NCBI GenBank assembly: GCA_002269645.1
Contig: NIVC01000725.1
Span: forward strand, 558,296 to 622,295
Length of the DNA stretch: 64,000 bases
DNA from: Macrostomum lignano
Lineage: Eukaryota
Direction of reading: 5' to 3'
Below are positions 37,479-63,040 of the stretch, piece after piece. Under the pieces are notes generated by a model, which did not search any database, was not told where the DNA came from, and saw only the letters and a program-made list of their open reading frames with translations. The translations under genes and the position numbers were made by a program. Each line of letters begins with the position of its first letter. Position 1 is the stretch's first letter.

Positions 37479-39023
37479 CTAGTAGTACTAGTAGTAGTAG
37501 TGCACATTGCTTACGCAAGCGGCCCCTCCTCCCGCCAGATCTTGACGAAGCAGTGCGCGGTGCTGCGGTACTTGTGCGCCTCCAGGCCCTGCATTCGAGT
37601 CTTCACCACATCGATCGGCGTGTTGCCGAACACGGAAGCCGCCCCGGCCACTGCGCCAAACATGCCAGTCAGCAGCTTCGGGATCGGCCTCGTGTTGTCC
37701 GTGTCACCGCGGTAGCCCCTGTACCAGTCCTTCAGCGACTCCACCACCAGGAACCGGATGGCCTGGTTCGAGCCCTGCTTCATCATCGTGGCCGTCAAGC
37801 CCTGGTAGCAGCCCCGAAGCCCCTGCTCGCGCACAATCTCCCGGACACCGTGGAAGAAGCCGCGGAACTTTGGGTTCGCCGAGTTCTGGTCGTTGATGAA
37901 CTTCACCTTCACCGTCTCCATGGGCGTCACGGCGAAGATCGCCTCGCAGATGCCGGCGCCGAGGCCGCACAGAAACTTCCGGCCGGTGCTCAGGTTGCCC
38001 TGCGCGTCCGAGTTGCGCTTCTTGAACTCCTCGAATGCGCCGAACCTTTGGCGGGGTTGTTAGATGGCGAGGCTTTTGGCTGGCTCAGCGCACGCATACT
38101 TACTCCTGCTGACTACCCTAACCATCTATGTAGAAAGCTAACAAGCTGGCGAGGCATTTCGCTAGCAAAAGCTGGTAAAGTTACTCCTGCTGACTACCCG
38201 CATAACACCAGAGACGATCAGTTAAAACTCAAGTAAGTATCAATAAACTTCGAAGAATCGTGACTTGCAGATCCTAACCTACAGAACCCTATTTGCAATT
38301 CCTAACTAACGAATATCTAATCTAAAAATCACAACCCACAAATCCCAACCTAAAAATCCCAATCTACAAATCCCAAAGCTCAAATCCCAAAACGCCCCGC
38401 GCGTCCGAGGTGCGCTTCTTGAACTCCTCGAATGCGCCAAACTTTTGGCGGGGTTGTTAGATGGCGAGGCTTTTGGCAGCCTAAGCGCACGCATAGTTAC
38501 TCTTGCTGACTACCCGATAAACATCAAAATCTATGATGCGAAACCCTCAACCAAATCGCAACTTACTAATTAACCTACAAATCCCAAAGCCCAAATCCCA
38601 TCAACAAGCCCCTCTCTCACCTCACAGCGGACTTGGGAATCGAGCCATACAGCAGCACACTCAGGCCTCGGTACAAGCCGAAGAAGCCCCGCTCCCTGAC
38701 CGTCACCTTCACGCAGTCGATCGGCCCCTTGTACCGCTTCTGGGCGCCCACCTTCTCGTCCAACTGCAGCTGGGTCTTCACGTACTCTGTTGGGAATGTG
38801 ATGCAGATCTCCATGCCTCCCGTGATGCCGCCTGAGGGACAGAGTTTGGCGTGGCTTTCTGGCTTGGCCTCTTAATATAAACATTTTCCATTTCATAAAT
38901 CCATCTCTCACCTGCAATAATGCCTTTAAGGCTCTTGTTGCTGCTTCCAGAAGCAGCTGCTGCAGCTGCAGACACTCTCTGGTTTGGTCTGCCAGCGCTG
39001 AACACCAGGCCACGGTCTGACAT
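37266..39023 (-). CDS. SLC25A1: Mitochondrial tricarboxylate (citrate) carrier, copy A, 320 aa; exons 39023-38912, 38831-38621, 38045-37515, 37374-37266
   Basis: Three PX[DE]XX[KR] carrier signatures ([21 protein letters not shown]) and family motifs [41 protein letters not shown] introns; 963 nt in frame. Confidence 0.95.
37406..37500. repeat. (TAG)n microsatellite in intron 3 of SLC25A1 copy A
   Basis: Direct reading. Confidence 0.95.
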
Positions 39024-40901
39024 GACGAGAGCTGCAGGTGCATGCAAATAAAATTCGCATGCTGGCTTTAATGCTACATAATTCATTGGTGATTTTTAAA
39101 ACAAATTAAACTGTAACTACATAACTTTCTTCTGCAATAAAAGCTAGCAGTCATATTGTTGGAAGAAAAATGGCAAGCAATAGTAGGTAATTATTGTCAT
39201 ACTGTCACAGGCAATAAAATTTGGTAGTCAAATGTTTTAAACACTGTTTTCATTTTGGTTGCTACCACAAATGCCTTGGTATATTTTCTACTTAAAGAAT
39301 TTTATAAAAAATTACAAATATTTTTATTTATATAAATGGCAAATATACTAAACCTAAGGCTAAACTTGATTAGTTTTTTTGCAAACAATGGATATTATAC
39401 TAATATACTATACTATAAAATTTAAAATCGCATGCACTATACAGGATTCAATATATAATATAAGGCCAAGGCTCATCATGTTTTAATTTAAATAGGCATA
39501 CTAATATTGGGCTTAAAAATTCTTTATGCCAATGCCAAGTAGGCACTTGACTTGAGTCTCGGGGCAAAAGTATACTAATTTTTTTGCAATCAAGGCCACA
39601 TTCCAGACTATCAAATGTTTAACAGTCAATATGACTATCATAAGACATAGACTATGAAGGGTATATTTTTAGGCTAAGTGTTTCTAGTTTATAAAAATGC
39701 TAAAAATGTTATCAAAACAAGAAAACCTTTAGGTTTTTATCTAGTGTCATAGTGGTTAAAATGATTATTGTTTTAGATCAAAGTTAATACATACAATAAT
39801 ACAAACTATTGATTTTATTAGATTAGATATTACTAAATTATTCTGTAATGGATGGTAATAAAAACCTAAACCATACATTTGCACACAAACCTAGTGTACA
39901 AACAAGGTCTCATCATTTTTTCCTGCATTAAACTTGGGCGAACAATAAGACACAATCCAAACGAAACTATGGTATGCCAGGAAACCCTGGAGTACATGTT
40001 GCCTTCCAAACTATGGCCAAATATGAAGTCTAACTCAAGTATATTAATATTCTTGACTCTAGGCACTAGCAATCATCTTTTAACAAGGTTAGCTTTAACC
40101 ATAATGCAATGACCACCCTTATGATTAAAGTGATATAGTCATGGTCTTATATTTATTTCCATATTTTTGACTGACAACCAGTTTACAGTGCAAAACAACT
40201 AATTAAAATAGCAAAACACAAGTGTAGAGGGATCTGCAACAAAATAACTAACAATAAACGACACAGATATAAAGATTTAATATCAAAACTAGATAGTAGA
40301 CAAATATATTATAAATGAAGACTGCTAGCCTCTACTTCTTTCTTGTCCTAGACCTAAAGTCGTGATTAATTAACAGTATCATTATTATTTAGTTCTGCAG
40401 TCGCTGATTGTGGTCAACGATTGTGGCGCAGCACGATTTTTGTTGTCCTGCGCCATGCTGCTGCCAGATTAGAAATTGTTGTCAAAAAAATAAAACACAT
40501 TTTTATGGCGATCATATTTTTTCATTTGAATCAAAACTAACTCACAAAAAGTTGAAACTAAAAAACCGGTTATTAAAAATCTGGAAAACTAGTCCGCTAT
40601 CGTGTAAATGGGACATTTTAAAAGAAAGAGAAAAATTTGCAATAAAAAAATATAAGTTTTTTAACTTAATCTATTTTATATATTAAAATTTTAAAACTGT
40701 ACACTGTGTACTGTTAAAATACGCGTCAAAAAAACTTTGACGTAAAATGCTTTGTTAAAGTTTGGACAAGAATCAACATCAGTATTCAAATGCTTCAATC
40801 AGCGATATTTAAACGTGTACACTACTTGACTAGTACGACTTTAATCAAATAGTCAAACAATAGTCAAACATATTGTTTCGACTTTATTATGGGCCAGCTC
40901 T

Positions 40902-41437
40902 TACCGTCAGCAAGAAACGGCCACTATCCAAAAATTATTAATTAATTTTTTGTTTGTAACATCTGAACTGAATATATATATACCCCTTACTGAGAGAGAT
41001 TGATTACTTACGACTTTCGTAAGTACCGTCAGCAAGAAACGGCCACTATCCAAAAATTATTAATTAATTTTTTGTTTGTAACATCTGAACTGAATATATA
41101 TATACCCCTTACTGAGAGAGATTGATTACTTTCGTAAGTAAAGTACTTTCGTAAGTACCGTCAGCAAGAAACGGCCACTATCCAAAAATTATTAATTAAT
41201 TTTTTGTTTGTAACATCTGAACTGAATATATATATACCCCTTACTGAGAGAGATTGATTACTTACGAAAGTTACGAAAGTTACGAAAGTTACGAAAGTAA
41301 TCAATCTCTCTCAGTAAGGGGTATATATATATTCAGTTCAGATGTTACAAACAAAAAATTAATTAATAATTTTTGGATAGTGGCCGTTTCTTGCTGACGG
41401 TACTTACGAAAGTAATCAATCTCTCTCAGTAAGGGGT
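40902..41437. repeat. Foldback structure: three direct ~110-bp units and one inverted unit plus a partial, joined by TTACGAAAG 9-mers
   Basis: Arms 41144-41261 and 41297-41414 are reverse complements; the loop is 4 x TTACGAAAG. Confidence 0.93.
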
Positions 41438-43653
41438 AATGTACTTATGTACTAATGTTAAATTTAATCTAGTAATCTTTAAAATAGTTATGTAGCGTAG
41501 GCCATGGCATAGGCTACAAAAAGTTTAAATGCTGATTCAATCCCAAAAATCGTTAAACCCTATATGGTTTACTAATTTTTACTTGAATCATTTCCCTCCT
41601 TTTTAATTTATTTTGCAATCCTAATTTAAGCTGCCAGTGCCACGCCTGCCACTGCCAGTGCCAGCAGCTGTAATTTTTATCTCAAGTAAACAATACTTCA
41701 AGGATTATTGTTGTCATTAACTTAATGTTTATTGCCAAAATAGTTTAAATTTTATTAGCCTAAATAGCTTATCTCCTTTAATTTAGGACTTGGCTATAGT
41801 AGCTATAGTAGTATCTTGACATATTTATCTTATTTTCTATAGCTACAAAATATTTTATATGCTGTAATATGCACTGATCATATTACTAAGTCTTTGATGA
41901 TGAATGATACTTTGACTGACTAGTGCCTTGACAGCTTAACTCTAAATAATAAGCAAGAACTTCACAAGCATTAGTCTTTGTAATAAATTTCAGTTTCAAC
42001 TTAGGCCTAGTAATTTTGTTATAATTTGATTAATGCAAATCACCATAAGATGTAATATACAATTATTATATATAGTGTACATTATAGCACCTATTTTTAT
42101 GTAGCACCTAATATATATTATATATATTATATTTTTATAGTGATTTGCATTAATATATATATACTGTTGCATACTAGCCTTAAGTATAAAGGCAGAGTTT
42201 TATTTATTATTATTGCTACATACAAATAGCCATGTCAAGCCATAAACTCTAATGAAAAGCTATGGCTATAGGTCGTGAAGCAATCCAAGTCAATGAGCTT
42301 GGGGATAATAAAATGAGAAAGATCAGAGCTGATCATATTTAAGACAAGCCAGACTTGCATACCATTGCTACAATAATTGTGTGTGGCTTCTTCAAGACAA
42401 AGGGAGCTAGCTAACTAAAAAGTACAAGGCTGAATTGCAAAACAGAAAGTACAAATAATTGGAGGATGGAAATCCAACACTAAATAAGTGTTACAGGTAT
42501 AATTGTTCCTAGTTACTAATGCCACCAAGTTGTAGCAGGCCTATTTACTCCTTGTCTAAATTTCACCATTTTAATCACTAGATTGTACTACTAAATCTAT
42601 TATTTCTAATCCTAAGAATCCCAATAATTAAACCTATATGTACATATATGGGCTATCGTCAGTACGAGTTACCCTGGTAGCTTCAGTTCCCAAGTGGCAA
42701 TACATTGCTTACTACTATACTAATAATTACTACTAATTTCTAAATTACTTAGTCTAAACATGGCATTCCACTAACCAAGGGGTTTCCAGCTTTAATACTG
42801 TCTTTCCCAATTTAATACTATATTATGCTTGTAATAGCCTAGATCTATTCTTAGGGAATCCTCTCTCCTTACTGGGCAATCCACCTTTTCTGCTTAGCAA
42901 AATGCTTGTTTGGCAATCCCTATTTAACTGCACTGGCAAAACGCCCTTTTTATCCAATATGGTCTTTCCAAACTTGTAATCCTGCTTAAATAACTAAGAA
43001 AGTAAGACCAGAGAAATCTTAATTTCTAGGTTACTGAGTATTGAACCCAACAAAGGAGTTAAGGAAAATGTTTAGTATTTCACCTTGTATTTATACTAAC
43101 TGAAACCTCTCTCTATTGGCTTGGGTTACATTTGTTTAAACAACATTTAGTTAAAACAAATATCATCATATTAAAACAAAATATTTGTATAACTGTTATT
43201 TGGCAGGAATTTGACTTACAAACATGTTAATATTTTCTTATAACAAGATATGAGCCCTACTGCATAAGCATTGTTAATTTTCTATCTAGGCTTTAAAGTT
43301 TTAGATTAACTCTATATCTACTAAAACATGGGACAAATGCACAAAAGTAATAAAATATTCTGTATTATATAATGATCATACTTAAAAAAACAGTTTTTTG
43401 ATAGGAGTTTTAGCAAACCTTTCAAGATAATTAATTGTTTTTCAAAAGAATTTTATTCCTTTACTTTAAATCTAAATCTAAAAAGCACCATTTTAATCTT
43501 TTTTTCTTTTAATAAAAAGAGCAGTTAAAAATGCTTCTTCTACTAAATGATAGCACTGAGCTTATAGAATTGTACAACCTTAGCCTAATCAATTTATCCA
43601 ATTTTTTATCGTGAGTTTGGAAATCCCATTTTGCATCTCCTGCAGCTCTCATC

Positions 43654-45591
43654 ATGTCAGACCGTGGCCTGGTGTTCAGCGCTGGCAGACCAAACCAGAG
43701 AGTGTCTGCAGCTGCAGCAGCTGCTTCTGGAAGCAGCAACAAGAGCCTTAAAGGCATTATTGCAGGTGAGAGATGGATTTATGAAATGGAAAATGTTTAT
43801 ATTAAGAGGCCAAGCCAGAAAGCCACGCCAAACTCTGTCCCTCAGGCGGCATCACGGGAGGCATGGAGATCTGCATCACATTCCCAACAGAGTACGTGAA
43901 GACCCAGCTGCAGTTGGACGAGAAGGTGGGCGCCCAGAAGCGGTACAAGGGGCCGATCGACTGCGTGAAGGTGACGGTCAGGGAGCGGGGCTTCTTCGGC
44001 TTGTACCGAGGCCTGAGTGTGCTGCTGTATGGCTCGATTCCCAAGTCCGCTGTGAGGTGAGAGAGGGGCTTGTTGATGGGATTTGGGCTTTGGGATTTGT
44101 AGGTTAATTAGTAAGTTGCAATTTGGTTGAGGGTTTCGCATCATAGATTTTGATGTTAATCGGGTAGTCAGCAAGAGTAACTATGCGTGCTCTTAAGCTG
44201 CCAAAAGCCTCGCCATCTAACAACCCCGCCAAAAGTTTGGCGCATTCGAGGAGTTCAAGAAGCGCACCTCGGACGCGCAGGGCGTTTTGGGATTTAGGCT
44301 TTGGGATTTGTAGGTTGGGATTTGTGGGTTGGGATTTTTAGATTAGATATTCGTTAGTTAGGAATTGCAAATAGGGTTCTGTAGGTTAGGATCTGCAAGT
44401 CACGATTCTTCGAAGTTTATTGATACTTACTTGAGTTTTAACTGATCGTCTCTGGTGTTATGCGGGTAGTCAGCAGGAGTAACTTTACCAGCTTTTGCTG
44501 GCGAAATGCCTCGCCATCTTGTTAGCTTTCTACATAGATGGTTAGGGTAGTCAGCAGGAGTAAGTATGCGTGCGCTGAGCCAGCCAAATGCCTCGCCATC
44601 TAACAACCCCGCCAAAGGTTCGGCGCATTCGAGGAGTTCAAGAAGCGCAACTCGGACGCGCAGGGCAACCTGAGCACCGGCCGGAAGTTTCTGTGCGGCC
44701 TCGGCGCCGGCATCTGCGAGGCGATCTTCGCCGTGACGCCCATGGAGACGGTGAAGGTGAAGTTCATTAACGACCAGAACTCGGCGAACCCGAAGTTCCG
44801 CGGCTTCTTCCACGGTGTCCGGGAGATTGTGCGCGAGCAGGGGCTTCGGGGCTGCTACCAGGGCTTGACGGCCACGATGATGAAGCAGGGCTCGAACCAG
44901 GCCATCCGCTTCCTGGTGGTGGAGTCGCTGAAGGACTGGTACAGGGGCTACCGCGGTGACACGGACAACACGAGGCCGATCCCGAAGCTGCTGACTGGCG
45001 TGTTTGGCGCAGTGGCCGGGGCGGCTTCCGTGTTCGGCAACACGCCGATCGATGTGGTGAAGACTCGAATGCAGGGCCTGGAGGCGCACAAGTACCGCAG
45101 CACCGCGCACTGCTTCGTCAAGATCTGGCGGGAGGAGGGACTCAAGGCGTGAGTGAAGCTTGGGTTTCTTGGAAATAATTTGTTTGTTTTAAGCTGCTGT
45201 ACACTCTGTGTGAGCCCTTGTGTGCATCATCAAGGATTCAGACTGCAAGAGCTAACGTGTAGTTCTTTCTGCGGATTCTACCGGTATATACAGGTCTTCC
45301 AAGATAAACAATTTTGCAAATATTCTTACCCTACTTACAGTAGAAATTGCAAAAAATATTGCGCGTATATTAACAAGAATGATGCACTTTTAAGTACTCT
45401 ACTTGCAGTAGAAATACAAAGAAAAAATCGTGAAAATTTAAATGATATTTTTTTAAATGTGTTTTCAATCATCTCTTTGCAGATTCTACAAGGGCACGGT
45501 CCCCAGGCTCAGCCGAGTCTGTCTTGACGTTGGCATCACGTTTATGATTTATGACAGCTTTATGGAGCTGTTTAACAAAATCTGGAAGTAA
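43654..45591 (+). CDS. SLC25A1: Mitochondrial tricarboxylate (citrate) carrier, copy B, 320 aa; exons 43654-43765, 43846-44056, 44618-45148, 45483-45591
   Basis: Same motifs and exon lengths (112/211/531/109) as copy A; stop TAA at 45589-45591. Confidence 0.95.
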
Positions 45592-47325
45592 AAGGCGCCG
45601 TTTAAGTAACTGAACTGGATGATTAAAGTCGCTGATAATTTTTTTACTTTAAGTTTCGCTAGCAACTTTATTTAGCAGTATCTTGATGGCTCATGCCCAG
45701 ATATTAATGCTTTTATTCGATTTTAAAATTAAATTTAGATTTTTTTTGTCAGCCATCGTCTTAGATTATTAGAAAACCTATCGGACTGTAGTTAGAGGTT
45801 TTCGCTAATTGTCAGTAGAGGTGTCAGACTTTTCAGACTTGTCAGAATTTTCTCAGGCAAACGTATTCTATTTGTTTCTGTTGTGCAATGCGGCAGAATC
45901 TATGAAGAAACTTATTATTAATAGTAGTTCCCTGAGCGCATAATTTTTTACTTTAAAAAAATGTTTGAACTTATCCACTTCCAGGTTGATTATTCCGTTT
46001 TTTTATTTTTGTCTACTCATATAAGTAGTTGCACTCGCGCTTTTTAGTCAGTTGCACAAGCTATTGAATTTGCATCTAATCTATGTAATTTACACGAAAA
46101 GGGTTGTTATAATTTGCCGAAGGTTGTAATACCATTTATAAACGATTACTTTTGCTTTTTTGTAGATTTTTTAGCCAAACAATACAGTCCATATGATTTA
46201 TTTAACCTATTTTGTGGTTAAATTACTTTTTATTTTTTATTAACCTTTTGCAACCAGTTTTGTTAAAATTGTTGACAATAATTTCACTTGCCAGATACGA
46301 TTGGCCTGCTTTTTGCGGCATTTTGCGTCATAAAACAGTTATTTAAAAAAAAAATCTAAAATATGTGTATGGAGGCGCGATGGTCACTTTAAAAAAGTAA
46401 TAATTTGTTTTTAATTTTTTTATGGACTTATTAATTATTTATTTGATTACTTACCAATGAATAAATTCTTTGTGAAAATTATCACTGTTCTATGCATAAT
46501 ACTTCATATAATAATATTATTTTCATAAATATTCCATTTAGATTCACTTCTAGTTAGATAGTCAATTTAATTTCGTTGTGCGTTATGTCTTCTTAGCTTT
46601 TAATTTTATTATTTTTTGTCTCTGGCTGTTGGTTGAAGTTAAAGTGATATGAACTTTATTTCTAAGAAACACGAGAAAAAAATATAACGATGAAATTGAG
46701 ACAGCCATAAATATTTTATTGATTTGCTTATTTGTAGAAGTTTTAGGCCTATTAAAATTTTTAAATATGCTGATTGAGAATTTTATTGCTTTTTTTTACT
46801 GTAGACACCATTTTTAGCACCTTCAGCGTCACTCCTTAAGATGTCACTCATTGAGTTTCACTCCTTCAGTTTCACTATTCAGCATCAATCCTTGAGCGTC
46901 ACTCGATTAAGTGCCATCCCGAGTTTAAGAAGCTGTGCGCAAAAGCCATGACTTCAACATTTAAGCTTTAGATTGAAGCAAGTACGTTCACAGTGAAACA
47001 GTGAACTGTCAATGGTTACACGGGCTGAAGTTTATTTTTAAAACAAAATTATTTTGTTTTGCGACGCTTCGACAATAAAGAAAAGCAAATTTTCATCTTT
47101 GCTAGAGGGACGCAAAATATTGCATTGAAATAAGAATGATTCATACTCGTGCAATTCAATTACTCTGAGTAGTATGATTACAGTATTAACCATAATTAGA
47201 TTTTGAAGAAATTTTCCAGTTTCGAAATTATCAGCGATTTACATTTGTAAATGACGATATAGAGGCTGTTCATGGCGGCAAGATAACAATAGGCCAGAGG
47301 TGTCAGTATATAAATAGTGAGATTT

Positions 47326-49270
47326 CAGTATAGAGACAGTGGGATGTGAGATTTCAGTATAGAGACAGTGGGATGTGAGATTTCAGTATAGAGACAGTGG
47401 GATGTGAGATTTCAGTATAGAGACAGTGGGATGTGAGATTTCAGTATAGAGACAGTGGGATGTGAGATTTCAGTATAGAGACAGTGGGATGTGAGATTTC
47501 AGTATAGAGACAGTGGGATGTGAGATTTCAGTATAGAGACAGTGGGATGTGAGATTTCAGTATAGAGACAGTGGGATGTGAGATTTCAGTATAGAGACAG
47601 TGGGATGTGAGATTTCAGTATAGAGACAGTGGGATGTGAGATTTCAGTATAGAGACAGTGGGATGTGAGATTTCAGTATAGAGACAGTGGGATGTGAGAT
47701 TTCAGTATAGAGACAGTGGGATGTGAGATTTCAGTATAGAGACAGTGGGATGTGAGATTTCAGTATAGAGACAGTGGGATGTGAGATTTCAGTATAGAGA
47801 CAGTGGGATGTGAGATTTCAGTATAGAGACAGTGGGATGTGAGATTTCAGTATAGAGACAGTGGGATGTGAGATTTCAGTATAGAGACAGTGGGATGTGA
47901 GATTTCAGTATAGAGACAGTGGGATGTGAGATTTCAGTATAGAGACAGTGGGATGTGAGATTTCAGTATAGAGACAGTGGGATGTGAGATTTCAGTATAG
48001 AGACAGTGGGATGTGAGATTTCAGTATAGAGACAGTGGGATGTGAGATTTCAGTATAGAGACAGTGGGATGTGAGATTTCAGTATAGAGACAGTGGGATG
48101 TGAGATTTCAGTATAGAGACAGTGGGATGTCAGTATAGAGACAGTGGGATGTCAGTAGAGACAGTAGGATGTCAGTATAGAGACAGTGGGATGTCAGTAG
48201 ACAGTGGGGTGTCAGTTTAGAGACAGTGGGATGTCAGTAGACAGTGGGATGTCAGTTTAGAGACAGTGGGATGTCAGTTTAGAGACAGTGGGATGTCAGT
48301 AGACAGTGGGATGTCAGTTTAGAGACAGTGGGATGTCAGTATAGAGACAGTGGGATGTCCGTATAGAGACAGTGGGATGTCCGTATAGAGACAGTGGGAT
48401 GTCCGTATAGAGACAGTGGGATGTCCGTATAGAGACAGTGGGATGTCAGTATAGAGACAGTGGGATGTCAGTAGAGACAGTGGGATGTCAGTTTAGAGAC
48501 AGTGGGATGTCAGTAGACAGTGGGATGTCAGTTTAGAGACAGTGGGATGTCAGTATAGAGACAGTGGGATGTCCGTATAGAGACAGTGGGATGTCCGTAT
48601 ATAGACAGTGGGATGTCCGTATAGAGACAGTGGGATGTCCGTATAGAGACAGTGGGATGTCCGTATAGAGACAGTGGGATGTCCGTATATAGACAGTGGG
48701 ATGTCCGTATAGAGACAGTGGGATGTCCGTATAGAGACAGTGGGATGTCCGTATAGAGACAGTGGGATGTCAGTATAGAGACAGTGGGATGTCAGTATAG
48801 AGACAGTGGGATGTCAGTATAGAGACAGTGGGATGTCAGTATAGAGACAGTGGGATGTCAGTATAGAGACAGTGGGATGTCAGTATAGAGACAGTGGGAT
48901 GTCAGTATAGAGGCAGTGGGATGTCAGTATAGAGACAGTGGGATGTCAGTACAGAGACAGTGGGATGTCAGTATAGAGGCAGTGGGATGTCAGTATAGAG
49001 ACAGTGGGATGTCAGTACAGAGACAGTGGGATGTCAGTATAGAGGCAGTGGGATGTCAGTATAGAGACAGTGGGATGTCAGTACAGAGACAGTGGGATGT
49101 CAGTAGACTGGGATGTCAGTTTAGAGACAGTGGGATGTCAGTAGCCAGTGGGATGTCAGTATAGAGAGTGGGGTGTCAGTAGAGATAGTGGGTGTCAGTA
49201 GAGATAGTGGGGTGTCAGTAGAGACAGTGGGGTGTCAGTAGAAATAGTGGGGGTGTCAGTAGAGATCGAT
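47326..49270. repeat. Satellite: 29-bp CAGTATAGAGACAGTGGGATGTGAGATTT (47326-48120), switching to 22-bp CAGTATAGAGACAGTGGGATGT
   Basis: The left block is essentially invariant; the right block lacks GAGATTT and decays rightwards. Confidence 0.97.
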
Positions 49271-49440
49271 AAATGTCAGTAGAGATAGAGGTGTCAGTCC
49301 AGATTTTTGGGATGTCAGTAGTTCAGGTTTAGAATGCACGGTACTTTCATTATCTAATGGGAATCTTCAACGGGCAGAAGCGCTGAAAATATTATTTGAA
49401 TTTCTGACTATTAAAGTATTAAAAGTCAGTGCTGCGGGTG

Positions 49441-61392
<11,952 letters not shown>

Positions 61393-61614
61393 TCTCAGCG
61401 ACGCTGCAGGGACATCCGCTGCATTTGAGCATTGGGTTAAATTTGCTATGGAATCTTCTTCAAGCTGGCGTTTCAAAGTGAAGAATTCGACTGGAAATAC
61501 TGCTGCCCAATCAGGTTGGCGGAGTGGATTCTGTGCGGTCTGATGGAAATGGCTGATTGGATTCGTGCCAAGCTGGTGGCTTGCGGCATGGAAACTGCCA
61601 CTCGCGTCTCAGCC

Positions 61615-61950
61615 CATCCCCCCATCTCATTCCATCTAATCTCATCACCTCCAATCTCATCCCCTTCAAATCTCATCTCCTTTCAATCTCACCCCTCCGT
61701 TCTCATCCCCGCCAATCTCATCCCATCCAATCTTATCCCCTTCCAATCTCATCGCCTCCAAATTCATCCCCATCCAATCTCATCCCATCCAATCTCATCT
61801 CCTTCCAATCTCACCACTTCAAACTCATCCCTTTCCAATCTCATCCCCATCCAATCTCATCCCATCGATCCCATCTCATCCAATCTCATCCCATCCGATC
61901 TCATCCCCTTCAATCTCATACTCTCGTATCTCATTCTCTCTTATCTTATC
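61615..61950. repeat. Degenerate CCAATCTCATCCC repeat
   Basis: Shares the CAATCTCAT core with the 21-bp array. Confidence 0.8.
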
Positions 61951-62544
61951 CGCTGTCATATAAAAAGGAAAGACGGAGAAAGTTGAAACGTAGAGATAGG
62001 GGTTGAGAGGGAGTAGAGATGAGGGAGATGGAAGGTGTAGAAGGGAAGATAGAATTACGAATAGAAACGGAGATGATTTTTTTTTATTAGAGACAGGGGG
62101 GTTGTGTGCACCCTGGCGCACTTTAAGCGTCTGTGGAGATGATATTTAAGCAATGGAAAAATACCTGGATCTCGGTAGAAGCAGCAGATAAAAAAGTGCC
62201 TCAAGTGAGAAAGTTGCAAAATAATGATCGAACCCGTGTTGAAAACTTAAACAATCAAGACCAGGAAAAAGTAGCAAAGCAAAGGAGCCAAATCGTTACT
62301 TTCATTTTTTCCTTTCAAGCTTCTTGAAGGCTCTGCAGCCAGCTTCTCCGGATTGCTTTAAAAATATCTCAAATTTGACCCCGCTGATGCAAAAAAGCCT
62401 ACATTTTAGCTATTGAATGGCTAACCCATTGGCAACAGTCGTCTGCTGTGACAGGGGGTTTCTGTCTGATCGAAAATAACCTGTCAACGCATGTGAACTG
62501 TACCACTTGCATGTGGTTTTACTTTCAATCTGTAAGGAGGACCC

Positions 62545-63040
62545 CTCTGATCTCCACTCTGTGATCTCCCCTCTCTGATCTCCACTCTGTGATCTCCCCT
62601 CTCTGATCTCCACTCTGTGATCTCCTATCTCCGATCTCCCCTCTCTGATCTCCCCTCTCTGATCTCCCCTCTCTGATCTCCCCTCTCTGATCTCCCCTCT
62701 CTGATCTCCCCTCTCCGATCTCCCCTCTCTGATCTCCCCACTCTGATCTCCCTCTCTGATCTCCCCTCTCTGATCTCCCCTCTCTGATCTCCCCTCTCTC
62801 ATCTTCCCTCTTTGATCTCCCCTCTCTGATCTCTCCTCTCTGATCTCCCCACTCTGATCTCCCTCTCTGATCTCCCCTCTCTGATCTCCCCTCTCTGATC
62901 TCCCTTCTCTGATCTCCCCTCTCTGATCTCCCCTCTCTGATCTCCCCTCTCTGATCTCCCCTCTCTGATCTCCCTTCCCTGATCTCCCCTCTCTGCTGAT
63001 CTCCCCTCTCTGATCTCCCTTCTCCGATCTCCCCTCTCTA
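62545..63040. repeat. 14-bp minisatellite CTCTGATCTCCCCT
   Basis: About 33 units. Confidence 0.95.
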
